Part shown: one piece after another, positions 53,421-64,000 of the stretch
Layout: every line of letters starts with the position of its first letter
Position numbering within the stretch: position 1 is the stretch's first letter
Assembly (NCBI GenBank): GCA_035999625.1
Contig: DASYGN010000082.1
Coordinates: 111-64,110, forward strand
DNA: 64,000 bases
Source of the DNA: Caulobacteraceae bacterium
GTDB taxonomy: Bacteria > Pseudomonadota > Alphaproteobacteria > Caulobacterales > Caulobacteraceae
Direction: 5' to 3'
Translations under genes and position numbers: made by a program
The notes under the pieces: model-generated
What the model was told of the DNA's origin: nothing
What the model saw: the letters and a program-made list of their open reading frames with translations, nothing else
The model's database searches: none

Positions 53421-53439
53421 GGCGGCCCGCGGTGGCGCG

Positions 53440-54621
53440 ATGAACGTCCTGCTCCTGGCCACGCTGTTCAAGCTCCCCTACCGGGTGCTGCGCTGCGCCG
53501 CGGCGATGCCGGCCGAGGTTTGTGTCCTCGGCGGTCCGGGCGCGCGCGGCCTGGAGTCATCCACCTTCTGCCGGCGGTTCGTCCCGGCCGCGGCGGCGAT
53601 CGACGGCCAGCCGAGCGAGGCGCTGGCGGCGGAGATCGACGCGGTGGCGCAGCGGCTCGGTATCGATGCGGTGATCGCCGCCGACGCCCCGGCGACCCGC
53701 AGCCTGATCGCTTCGCGGCCTTGGCTGCAGACGCGCTGCTTTCCAATGCCCGACCTGGCCAGCTTCGATCTGCTGAACGACAAATGGCGCTTCGGCGGCC
53801 TTTGCCAGGAGCTGGGGCTGGCGCGCCCCGCGACCACCCTGTGCGACAGCCTCGCCGACCTCGAGGCCAAGCTGGCCGACTGGCCGGAGAGCCGCGCGCT
53901 GCTGGCCAAGCCCCTCGACTGGGATGGCGGGCGTGGTCATGTCCGCCTTCAGGGCCCGCGGCGGCGGCGGGCGGCGGCGCGCATCGACTACCAGCCGATC
54001 CTGGTGCAGGAATTCATAAACGGCGCCGACCTCAGCGCCAGCATCCATTGCCGCGAGGGGGCGATCCGCGCCTGCGTCACCCAGGCCTACACGCGTGGGC
54101 TCTACACCGCCTACCATGATGCAGGCATCCATCGGCAACTGACCCGCATCGCCGCCAGCCTGCGCCTCGAAGGCATGTTCAACTTCGATCTGCGCACCGA
54201 CGCGAGCGGCCGCGTCTACTTCCTGGAATGCAATCCCAGGGTATTCTTCAGCATGAAGATGGCGGCCCTGGCGGGGATCAACTTCCTGCGCCTGGGATTG
54301 GCGGAGGCTGAAGCAGGCGAGCCGCTGGTGGCCCCCCAGAGTCCCGTCCGGATCCATTTTCCCAGGGCCTTCGCCAGCGCCCTTCGGAGCCCCCACAGCT
54401 TTCGTGAGACCGCCTGGCCGACCCTGAAGTTCCTGCTCGCCGACCCGACCCCCTACGTTCGCGAAAAGCTTGGCCTGGAGCGCGAACATCCGCCGCGCAC
54501 GGGCCAGGCGAGCGGTCGCCAGCGGCCATCTTTGGCGCACATCGAGGGGGCCCGCCGGGAGAGGAACATTAGCGGCATGGAAGCGTTGCAAATTCGGCGC
54601 ACTGGCGGAGCCGGGGCCTGA
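53440..54621 (+). CDS. ATP-grasp family ligase
   Basis: LLAKPLDWDGGRGHVRL, ILVQEFINGADLSASIHC and FNFDLRTDASGRVYFLECNPRVF (E-x-N Mg/ATP site) follow the ATP-grasp order. Confidence 0.75.
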   Translation: MNVLLLATLFKLPYRVLRCAAAMPAEVCVLGGPGARGLESSTFCRRFVPAAAAIDGQPSEALAAEIDAVAQRLGIDAVIAADAPATRSLIASRPWLQTRCFPMPDLASFDLLNDKWRFGGLCQELGLARPATTLCDSLADLEAKLADWPESRALLAKPLDWDGGRGHVRLQGPRRRRAAARIDYQPILVQEFINGADLSASIHCREGAIRACVTQAYTRGLYTAYHDAGIHRQLTRIAASLRLEGMFNFDLRTDASGRVYFLECNPRVFFSMKMAALAGINFLRLGLAEAEAGEPLVAPQSPVRIHFPRAFASALRSPHSFRETAWPTLKFLLADPTPYVREKLGLEREHPPRTGQASGRQRPSLAHIEGARRERNISGMEALQIRRTGGAGA

Positions 54622-54644
54622 ATGTTCGGGAGGTAGGGGCCTAG

Positions 54645-56471
<1,827 letters not shown>

Positions 56472-56473
56472 CC

Positions 56474-57712
56474 ATGACCGCCGAATCCAGCGCCATCGCC
56501 ACTCGCGAGCGGGAGCCGTCGCTCTATCAGCTGCTCGACCCGGCGGTGCTGGCCGATCCCTATCCGCTCTACCGACGGCTGCGCGAGCGCGACCCGGTCG
56601 CCTGGGATCCGTTCCTGCATGCCTGGGTGGTGACCAGCTACGCCGGGGTAGTCGAAGTTCTGCACCGGTTCTCGGCCGATCGCACCCCGAGCCCGGACCA
56701 GCTGGCGGCCATGGGCATGGGCGCGCTGGAGCCGGTCGCCGCGTTGATGGTCCGCCAGATGCTGTTCATGGACGCCCCCGCCCATACGCGCCTGCGCGGC
56801 CTGTGCTCCAGCGCCTTCACCTCGCGGCGGGTCGACCATCTGCGGCCGCACATCCAGGACATCGCCGACGACCTCATCGACCGGGCCGCGAGCAAGGGGC
56901 GATTGGACGTCGTCGCCGACTTCGCCAACCCGCTGCCGGCGATCGTCACCGCCGAGCTGCTCGGCGTCCCGACCGCCGATCATGCGCAGCTCAAGAGCTG
57001 GTCAGCCGACTTCGCCGGCATGCTCGGCAACTTCCAGCACAATCCCGACCACGTCGCCCTGGCGGCGCGCAGCGTCGCCGAGATGGCAGCCTACTTCCGC
57101 TCGGCGATCCGTGAACAGGCGCGCACGGGGGACGCCGGGCTGATCGGGCTGCTCGTCGGCGCCAGCGAAGCGGGAACCAGCCTCTCCGAGGACGAGGTCA
57201 TCGCCAATGTCATCGTCACCATGGTCGGCGGCCAGGAGACGACCACCAATCTGATCGGCAACGGCCTGCTGAGCCTGATCCGCAATCCGCGCGCCCTGGC
57301 TCAGCTGCGCGACGATCCGGCGATCATCGAACCGGCGGTCGAGGAGCTGCTGCGCTACGAGAGCCCGAGCCAGCACACCGCCAGGCTGGCCCCGGCCGAC
57401 ATGGTGCTGGGCGGCAAGCCGATCCGGCGCAAGGATGCGGTGATGGCGGTGATGGCCGCCGCCAATCGCGACCCGTCGCGGTTCGAGGATCCCGACCGGC
57501 TCGACCTGACCCGCCCGAACAATCGCCATCTGGCGTTCGGCTGGGCGGCCCATTTCTGCTTCGGCGCGCCTCTGGCCCGCATCGAGGGTCAGGTGGCGTT
57601 CGCGACCCTCCTGGCCCGGCTGCCCAATCCACGCCTTGGCCAGGAGCCGCTGGTGTGGCGGCAGAATCTCGGCCTGCGCGGTCTCACCGCCCTGCCGGTC
57701 GAGTTTGGCTGA
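56474..57712 (+). CDS. Cytochrome P450
   Basis: I-helix MVGGQETTTN, ExxR ELLRYESP, and heme-thiolate loop FGWAAHFCFGAPLA. It starts 2 nt after the A-T stop. Confidence 0.9.
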   Translation: MTAESSAIATREREPSLYQLLDPAVLADPYPLYRRLRERDPVAWDPFLHAWVVTSYAGVVEVLHRFSADRTPSPDQLAAMGMGALEPVAALMVRQMLFMDAPAHTRLRGLCSSAFTSRRVDHLRPHIQDIADDLIDRAASKGRLDVVADFANPLPAIVTAELLGVPTADHAQLKSWSADFAGMLGNFQHNPDHVALAARSVAEMAAYFRSAIREQARTGDAGLIGLLVGASEAGTSLSEDEVIANVIVTMVGGQETTTNLIGNGLLSLIRNPRALAQLRDDPAIIEPAVEELLRYESPSQHTARLAPADMVLGGKPIRRKDAVMAVMAAANRDPSRFEDPDRLDLTRPNNRHLAFGWAAHFCFGAPLARIEGQVAFATLLARLPNPRLGQEPLVWRQNLGLRGLTALPVEFG

Positions 57713-60700
57713 TGGACGCCGCCAGCGCCCTCTCCGCCGAGCGCCGCCAGCTGCTCGAAGGTCTGCTGTCGGGCGCGGGCGGGCCGATCGCCGGTCAGGC
57801 CATCCCGCGGCGCGCGGAGGGGGCCGCCATTCCCCTTTCCGCCGAGCAGCGCGACGTCTGGTTCCACTGCGCTATGGCCGATGGCGTGAGCCCCTATAAC
57901 GAAGCCATCACCGTCCATCGCCGCGGTCCTCTCGACATCGCCGCCCTGCAGAGGGCGATGGACGAGATCCTCAGACGCCACGAGATCTGGCGCAGCGCGA
58001 TCACGCTCATCGACGGCCAGCCGCATATGCTGGTCAGGCCCGAGGTCAGCCTGCGGATCGCCTACCTCGATCTGGCCCACCTGCCGGCCGAGGAGCGCGA
58101 GCGGCGGGCGCTGGACCTGGCCGCCGAGGATGCGCGCGCGCCGTTCAAGCTCGACGAGGCGCCGTTGCTGCGCGCGCGCCTGGTGCGCATGGGCCCGGAT
58201 GTCCATCGGCTGCTGATCACCCTGCACCACATCATCTTCGATGGCGTGTCGATCTATCGCCTGTTCATGCCCGAGCTGGCGAAGCTTTATGCCGTCTACG
58301 CCGACGGCGGGACGCCGCCGCCACCCGGGCCACGGCTTCAGTACGGCGACTACGCGCTATGGCGCGAACGGCAGCTGGAGACCGCGCCCTTCACCCGCGA
58401 GCTGGCCTACTGGCGCGAGACCCTGGGCGAGGAGCCGCCGGAGCTGAACCTTCCCGCCGACCGCAGTCCGCCGGCGACGCCGAGCTACCGCGGGTCGATG
58501 GAATGCTTCACCCTTTCGCGCCAGACCACCGATCAGCTCAAGGCGCTCAGCCGCCAGGAGGGCGTCACCCTCTATGCGACCTTGCTGGCCGCCTTCAAGG
58601 CCATGCTGCATCGCTACAGCGGACAGGAAGACATGGTCATCGGCGGGGTGACCGACATGCGCCGCCGACCCGAACTCCAGCCGGTGATGGGCTACTTTCT
58701 CAACAGCCTGGCGCTGCGCACCCGGCCGAAACCGGACCTGCCGTTCACCGACTATTTGCAACAGGTGCAGGCGAGCGTGATCGGCGCCCTCGACGCCAGC
58801 AATCTGCCCTTCGATCGGGTGGTGCGCGCCTTGCGTCCGCGCCGGACCGGCGGGCGCCATCCTCTGTTCCAGGTGCTGTTTTCCGTCGAGCCCCCGGCCC
58901 CGCGCTTCGCCGACGGCTGGGACCTGACCCAGATGGACGTCGTCGTCGGAGCGGCTAAGTTCGACCTCTATCTCGAACTCGACGAGTACGAGGGGCGCCT
59001 GATCGGGCGCTTTCTCTACAGCACCGATCTGTTCGAGGCGGCCAGCATCCGGCGCATGATCGGCCACTGGCAAACCTTGCTGGCGGCCATCGTCAACGAC
59101 CCGCACGCCTTGCTGGGCGATCTGCCGCTGCTGAGCGGCGCCGAGCGCGCCGAGGTGCTTATCGGCCGCAACCAGACCCAGCGCGCGGCTTCCCCGGAGA
59201 CGCTGCCAACGCTGATCGAAGCCCAGGCCAAGGCGCGGCCGGAAGCCATCGCCGTCATCGCCGATGGCCGCGCCTGGCGGTATCGCGAATTGATGGCGCG
59301 GGCGGATGTCCTGGCGGCCAGACTTCACCAGGCGGGCCTCGGCGATGGGGCTCTGGCGGCCATCGCCATGGAGCGGTCGTTCGACCTCATCGCCGCCCTG
59401 CTGGCGATCCTGAGGCTCGGGGCCGCCTATCTGCCGATCGACACCGCCCTGCCGCGCGCGCGCATCGCCCAATTGCTGGACGACGCCGCGCCCGCCCTGG
59501 TGCTGACCGACACCGCTTCCCTGGGCGCTCTGCCCAGGACCGCAGCCAGGACGGTCATCGCCGATGGCGCGAATGACCAGGCGATCCCGGCGCCTTCGCC
59601 CACGGCCGGGGGGCCGCAGTCACTCGCTTATGTGCTCTACACCTCCGGTTCCACCGGCCGGCCCAAGGCGGTCGAGGTTGCCTGCCGGGCGGTGGTCAAT
59701 CTGCTGGCGGCGGTGGGCGAGTCGATCGGCTTCGGCCCCGACGATGGCCTCTTGGCGGTGACCACCCTCTCCTTCGACATCGCCGCCCTGGAGCTGTTTC
59801 TGCCGCTGGTCGCCGGCGGGCGGCTCATCCTGGCCTCTCGCGACGAAGCTGGCGATCCGGGCCGCCTGGTGCGCCGCATTCACGACAGCGGATGCACCGT
59901 CATCCAGGCCACGCCGGCGACCTTCCGCGGCCTCCTGGCCAACGGCTGGGCCGGCGATTCGCGGCTCAAGATCCTGTGTGGCGGCGAAGCCTTGCCGGCC
60001 GCGCTGGCCGCCGAGCTGCTGAGCCGCGGCGCCGGCCTGTGGAACATGTACGGCCCCACCGAGACCACGATCTGGTCGCTCATCCACAAGGTGCGGCCCG
60101 GTGATGATCCGGTCCCCATCGGCCGGCCGCTGGCCAATACCCAGGTGTTCATCGTCGATCGCCACGACGCGCTGGTCCCCGATCTGGTTCCCGGCCAGCT
60201 GTTGATCGGCGGCGATGGCGTGGCGCTCGGCTACCGCGGGGATCCGGCGCTGACCGCGGCGAAGTTCGTCAGACTTCCGCACCTCGCGCCGGGAAGGCTC
60301 TATCGCACCGGCGACCTCGCCCGCTGGCGCGCCGACGGGACCGTCGAGTTTCTCGGCCGGCTCGACAATCAGGCCAAGATCCGCGGCTATCGGGTCGGCG
60401 TCGAGGAGGTCGAAGCCGCTCTCGCCCAGCACCCGAGGATCGCCGCCTGCGCGGTGCGCGCCGCCCCGGACGCGTCCGGCGAAGCCAGCCTGACCGCCTA
60501 TCTCGTCGGGCCAGGCCTTTCGGAAACCGAGATTCCGGGCATCAGGGCCCGGCTGCGCGAAGTCCTGCCAGCGTACATGGCGCCCAGCCGCTATCACGTG
60601 CTGCCGAGCCTGCCGCTGACCGCCAACGGGAAGATCGACCGACGGCGCCTGCCAGGGCCGACGGCGCCGGCCAGCGCCGGCGCCGCCAGTCCGCCTCGTG

Positions 60701-61797
60701 ATGATCTCGAGCGCCTGCTGGCCGACCTGTTCCAGGAGTGCCTGGGTGTGGGCGAGATCGGCCGGGACGACGACTTCTTCGAGCTTGGCGGCCATTCGCT
60801 GCTCGCCTGCATTCTCATGGCCAAGATCCAAGGCGCCCTGGGGCGCGAGCTGCCCCTGGTGACCTTCTTCCGCGCGCCGACCATCGCCACCCTGGCCGAG
60901 CATCTGCGGGCCCCCAGCGTGCCGCGTTTCGCCCATCTGGTGCCGCTGCGCACCGCCGGCCAGGGCCGGCCGCTGTTTATCGTCCACGGCATCTTCGGCA
61001 ACGTGCTGCAGCTGCGCGATCTGGCCGAGCTGCTCGAGGCGCCGCGACCGGTCTACGCCCTGCAGGCGCGTGGCGCCGATCCGCGCGAAGCCCCCCACAC
61101 CCGCATCGAAGAGATGGCTGAGGCCTATCTGGCGGCGATCCGGGAGGTCCAGGACAGCGGCCCCTACGCGCTCGCCGGCTACTCGTTTGGCGGCCTCATC
61201 GCCTATGAGATGGGCGTCCGCCTGCGGGCGGCCGGGGAAGCGGTCGATCTCCTGGCCATGCTGGAGACCGATCTCCACGACAGCCTGCTGCCGCTGTCGG
61301 GGCGTCTCGCCCACCACGCCTCGTGGCCGGCGCGGGTCGCCCGGCGCCTCATCCGGCTGCCGCCGAAAATGCTGGGACCCTACGTGCTCGGCAAGCTCCG
61401 CCGGCTCGGCGCCGGTTCGGTCCTTCCCGATGATTTCGCCGAGATCGGCGGTCTCTCGCCGCAGATGCTCGAGCGCTACCGGCGGATGTACGCCATCGGC
61501 GTCGACGAATTCCGGCGCTTCCGCCCCGGCGCCTTCGATGGTCGCTTGAGCGTCTTCCGCAGCCGTGGACCCCGGTTCGACGCCTGCGATCCGATGCCGA
61601 TCTGGCGCCGCGCCGCCGCCGCCGTCGATCTGTTCGAGATCGAAGGGCGCCACGAGCGGATCATGGAGCGGCCGTTCGTGGAAACCCTGGCGGCGCAGTT
61701 GAGCCGCTGCATCGCCAAGGCCGATGGCCAGGCCCCGAGAAAGGAGACGAGGACGATGGGGGAAGGGGGTCTGGCGGCTCTCCGCGCGTGGGCGTGA
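57712..61797 (+). CDS. NRPS module C-A-T-TE
   Basis: C domain HHIIFDGVS. A domain LAYVLYTSGSTGRPKAV, SFDIAALE, NMYGPTETT, YRTGDLARW, GRLDNQAKIRGYRV and TANGKIDR. T domain FFELGGHSLLACIL. TE GYSFGG with a later GRHERIM. The ATG overlaps the P450 stop by 1 nt. Confidence 0.9.
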   Translation: MDAASALSAERRQLLEGLLSGAGGPIAGQAIPRRAEGAAIPLSAEQRDVWFHCAMADGVSPYNEAITVHRRGPLDIAALQRAMDEILRRHEIWRSAITLIDGQPHMLVRPEVSLRIAYLDLAHLPAEERERRALDLAAEDARAPFKLDEAPLLRARLVRMGPDVHRLLITLHHIIFDGVSIYRLFMPELAKLYAVYADGGTPPPPGPRLQYGDYALWRERQLETAPFTRELAYWRETLGEEPPELNLPADRSPPATPSYRGSMECFTLSRQTTDQLKALSRQEGVTLYATLLAAFKAMLHRYSGQEDMVIGGVTDMRRRPELQPVMGYFLNSLALRTRPKPDLPFTDYLQQVQASVIGALDASNLPFDRVVRALRPRRTGGRHPLFQVLFSVEPPAPRFADGWDLTQMDVVVGAAKFDLYLELDEYEGRLIGRFLYSTDLFEAASIRRMIGHWQTLLAAIVNDPHALLGDLPLLSGAERAEVLIGRNQTQRAASPETLPTLIEAQAKARPEAIAVIADGRAWRYRELMARADVLAARLHQAGLGDGALAAIAMERSFDLIAALLAILRLGAAYLPIDTALPRARIAQLLDDAAPALVLTDTASLGALPRTAARTVIADGANDQAIPAPSPTAGGPQSLAYVLYTSGSTGRPKAVEVACRAVVNLLAAVGESIGFGPDDGLLAVTTLSFDIAALELFLPLVAGGRLILASRDEAGDPGRLVRRIHDSGCTVIQATPATFRGLLANGWAGDSRLKILCGGEALPAALAAELLSRGAGLWNMYGPTETTIWSLIHKVRPGDDPVPIGRPLANTQVFIVDRHDALVPDLVPGQLLIGGDGVALGYRGDPALTAAKFVRLPHLAPGRLYRTGDLARWRADGTVEFLGRLDNQAKIRGYRVGVEEVEAALAQHPRIAACAVRAAPDASGEASLTAYLVGPGLSETEIPGIRARLREVLPAYMAPSRYHVLPSLPLTANGKIDRRRLPGPTAPASAGAASPPRDDLERLLADLFQECLGVGEIGRDDDFFELGGHSLLACILMAKIQGALGRELPLVTFFRAPTIATLAEHLRAPSVPRFAHLVPLRTAGQGRPLFIVHGIFGNVLQLRDLAELLEAPRPVYALQARGADPREAPHTRIEEMAEAYLAAIREVQDSGPYALAGYSFGGLIAYEMGVRLRAAGEAVDLLAMLETDLHDSLLPLSGRLAHHASWPARVARRLIRLPPKMLGPYVLGKLRRLGAGSVLPDDFAEIGGLSPQMLERYRRMYAIGVDEFRRFRPGAFDGRLSVFRSRGPRFDACDPMPIWRRAAAAVDLFEIEGRHERIMERPFVETLAAQLSRCIAKADGQAPRKETRTMGEGGLAALRAWA

Positions 61798-62438
61798 CGG
61801 CGTCAATCCCGGGGTTGGCGGCGCATTGGGCGCCGCTCAGCGTCAGCGCCGCGAGGCAAGCCGAGCTGGCCGCCTGGCTCGCGCCGGCCGAGGCTGATCG
61901 CGCCGCTCGCTATCGCCAGGCGCGCGATCGCCGGCGCTTCATCGTCCGTCGCGGGCGGTTGCGTCAGCTGTGCGCCGATCGCCTGGGGTGCGCTCCGAGC
62001 CAGGTTCCGCTCGCCGAGGGACCGTTCGGCAAGCCGTTCGTCGAGGGCGCGAGCCTGCGCCTCAATCTGTCTTCTTCAGGCGATCTGGCGCTGGTGGTGC
62101 TGGCCGAGGATCTCGACGTCGGCTGCGACATCGAATGGCGGCGGCCCGATCTCGCCAGCCGCCGGACCGCGGAAAGGCTGTTTTCGCCCAGCGAGAAAGC
62201 CCAGCTGCGGGCGATCGACACCGAGGCGGCGTTCACCCGCGCCTTCTTCGCTTGCTGGACCCGCAAGGAGGCCTTGATCAAAGGCGTCGGGCTGGGTCTC
62301 TCCCTGCCGCTCGAGGACTTCGATGTATCGGTGGCGCCGGACTGTCCCGCGCCGTTGCTGAGCGGACCGCCGGGGTGGTCGCTGCGCGCCTTCGAGCCGG
62401 CGCCGGCGCTGCACGTCGCCATCGCCTTCCGCGCCTGA
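61788..62438 (+). CDS. Sfp-type 4'-phosphopantetheinyl transferase
   Basis: FGKPFV, VGCDIEW and FFACWTRKEALIKGVGLG (W/F-x-x-KEA-x-x-K) motifs. The GTG start (61788 or 61794) overlaps the NRPS stop. Confidence 0.85.
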   Translation: MGVTASIPGLAAHWAPLSVSAARQAELAAWLAPAEADRAARYRQARDRRRFIVRRGRLRQLCADRLGCAPSQVPLAEGPFGKPFVEGASLRLNLSSSGDLALVVLAEDLDVGCDIEWRRPDLASRRTAERLFSPSEKAQLRAIDTEAAFTRAFFACWTRKEALIKGVGLGLSLPLEDFDVSVAPDCPAPLLSGPPGWSLRAFEPAPALHVAIAFRA

Positions 62439-62478
62439 AGATTTTGCCTTTCGCGCCACCCTGTGGTCACACTGGCGC

Positions 62479-63072
62479 ATGGAGGCGCTGCATCTGCAGG
62501 CCTGGGTCATTCCGGCCTTTCTCGGTCTTGGCCTGGCGGCGGCCAGCGGCCTTCGTACCTTCCTGCCGATCACCCTGCTGGCGCTGGCCGCGCGCTTCGG
62601 CCTGTTCGGCGCGACCCTCAACCCCCACGCCGCCTGGCTGACCTCGACCCCGTTCCTCATTGGCCTGGTGGTGGCTACGATCGCCGAGCTGGCGGCCGAC
62701 AAAATCCCGATCGTCGATCATTTCCTTGGTCTGGTTGGAACCATCACCCGCCCCGCCGCCGGGGCTCTGGCCGCCGGGGCGGTGTTCGCCCACCTCGACC
62801 CGGGCACGGCGGCGCTGGCCGGCCTGGTCATCGGCGTGCCGACGGCGCTCGCCTTCCACGCGGTGCAGTCGGGGGCCCGGGTGGTCAGCACCACGACCAC
62901 CGCCGGAATCGCCAATCCCTACCTGTCCCTGATCGAGGATCTGCTCTCGGGCCTGATGGCGGTGGCGGCGATCGCCGCACCGGTCCTGGCCGCGGTGGCG
63001 GTCGCCGGCCTGCTGTGGCTGCTGATCGCCGTGCGTCGCCGGCGGCGCATGCGCCGGCCGGCGGCCGGTTAG
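62479..63072 (+). CDS. DUF4126-like integral membrane protein
   Basis: 197 aa with about 5-6 TM helices. The N-terminal GLGLAAASGLRTFLPITLLALAARFGLF and central DKIPIVDHFLG resemble DUF4126 proteins, as far as I recall them. Confidence 0.55.
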   Translation: MEALHLQAWVIPAFLGLGLAAASGLRTFLPITLLALAARFGLFGATLNPHAAWLTSTPFLIGLVVATIAELAADKIPIVDHFLGLVGTITRPAAGALAAGAVFAHLDPGTAALAGLVIGVPTALAFHAVQSGARVVSTTTTAGIANPYLSLIEDLLSGLMAVAAIAAPVLAAVAVAGLLWLLIAVRRRRRMRRPAAG

Positions 63073-63848
63073 CGCAGCCGGAGCCAGCGGCGGCCGCGGT
63101 AGGAATCGGCGATAACCCAGGCGGCGGCGGTGAGGGTCCAGGAGATCACCGTTTCGCTCCACGCGAAGGCGCTCGGGTGGCCGGCGGCGGCGATCGGCGC
63201 CCACACCAGAAACGTGAACCCGGCGATCTGTAGCGTGGCCAGGCTGGCGGCCAGCCTGGCCAGGACGCCGGCGATGATCGCCACGCCGGCGGCGATGTAG
63301 GCGCCGCCGGTGAAGTAGGCCCACCCGGGATGGCCAGGCAGCCAGGCCGGAACCAGGCTCGCGGTCTCCTTGAGGTAGGCGAAATGGGCCGCACCGAAGG
63401 CGATCAGGGACGCGCCGAAGAGGGTGCGGGCGATGCGCAGGCCAGGCTCGCCGGCGGCGAAGCCAAGGTGGCGGCGATCCCAGGCATTGGCGGTCCCGGC
63501 GTAGAGCGTCCAGGCGCCGGCGAGAACGACCACGGTCTCGGCGCAATTTTCCCAGGTATCCATCGACCCGGGCGCCAGGACGATGACCCGGACCCTGAAC
63601 ACCAGCACCCAGAGCAGCAGCCAGGCCAGAAGAACCCGCGCCGCCAGGGCGGCCGAGCCCCGCCAGAGGAGACCGGCGCCGGCTCCAAGGCAGACGAGGG
63701 CGCACATCCACACCAGCGCCGCGCGCCCCGGCCACGCCTTGGGAACCGGCGCCCACAGGCCGGTGAGGTCGGCGCTGACCAGCCCCATGATCCCAAGGGC
63801 GATCAACGTCGCCGCGAACACCCAATGGGCCAGCCTGGCTTTGCGCAT
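63069..63848 (-). CDS. Integral membrane protein (DoxX-like)
   Basis: 259 aa with several TM helices. WVFAATLIALGIMGL and FGAAHFAYLKETASLVP are reminiscent of DoxX-family proteins. The assignment is tentative. Confidence 0.45.
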   Translation of the reverse strand: MRKARLAHWVFAATLIALGIMGLVSADLTGLWAPVPKAWPGRAALVWMCALVCLGAGAGLLWRGSAALAARVLLAWLLLWVLVFRVRVIVLAPGSMDTWENCAETVVVLAGAWTLYAGTANAWDRRHLGFAAGEPGLRIARTLFGASLIAFGAAHFAYLKETASLVPAWLPGHPGWAYFTGGAYIAAGVAIIAGVLARLAASLATLQIAGFTFLVWAPIAAAGHPSAFAWSETVISWTLTAAAWVIADSYRGRRWLRLR

Positions 63849-64000
63849 CCAGCCGTCCTCCCCGCTAGAGCCTGATGGCTTCTAACACAGCAAAAAAGGG
63901 TCACGCTTGGCGACAGCCAGGACGCCAGCGGCTAAGAGCGGCGCCATGGAAATCCTGCGGAGCCTCCCCTGGCGCGTCATCCGGCGATGGCGCCGGCGCG

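Noticed and set aside
63946-64000. ATG-initiated ORF running off the right edge (MEILRSLPWRVIRRWRRR...)
   Set aside because: Only 18 codons are visible. The composition is Arg-rich and uninformative, so there is not enough sequence to support a call.

Overview
Strongly GC-rich chromosomal segment, alphaproteobacterium-like by gene content and codon bias. I resolve about 50 protein-coding genes. I found no rRNA, tRNA, CRISPR array, transposase or integrase. All calls rest on reading the supplied translations for family motifs and on start/stop geometry, since no database search was possible.

Gene blocks:
- (1) 113-6858: inositol-phosphate / lipid head-group locus. It holds a fused inositol-3-phosphate synthase plus cytidylyltransferase, a divergent CDP-alcohol phosphotransferase, a GT4, a PLD-type HKD protein, a radical SAM/SPASM enzyme and a secreted DUF2141 protein.
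- (2) 6919-10715: LLM oxidoreductase, then kynB-kynU-SMP30.
- (3) 10712-19692: minus-strand catabolic block of SDR, GlpD-like dehydrogenase, TonB-dependent receptor, AGPS-like FAD oxidase, FGGY kinase and AKR.
- (4) 19847-26864: TonB receptor, TPR-sulfotransferase, cytoplasmic GH84-like enzyme and APC permease.
- (5) 26815-30015: VOC-flippase-GT2 mini-operon.
- (6) 30244-35058: housekeeping genes (lytic transglycosylase, MFS, small lipoprotein, mnmC).
- (7) 35059-50813: succinoglycan-like exopolysaccharide cluster with two GH16 glycanases. One sits behind an AT-rich island and carries three tandem type I secretion target-like domains joined by (Thr-Pro)n linkers.
- (8) 51930-62438: compact orphan NRPS operon of flavoprotein, ATP-grasp, A-T, P450, C-A-T-TE and PPTase. 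Hand-read specificity codes suggest a beta-hydroxy-Leu/Gly-derived product.

The most interesting candidates are blocks 1, 8 and the triplicated-domain glycanase.
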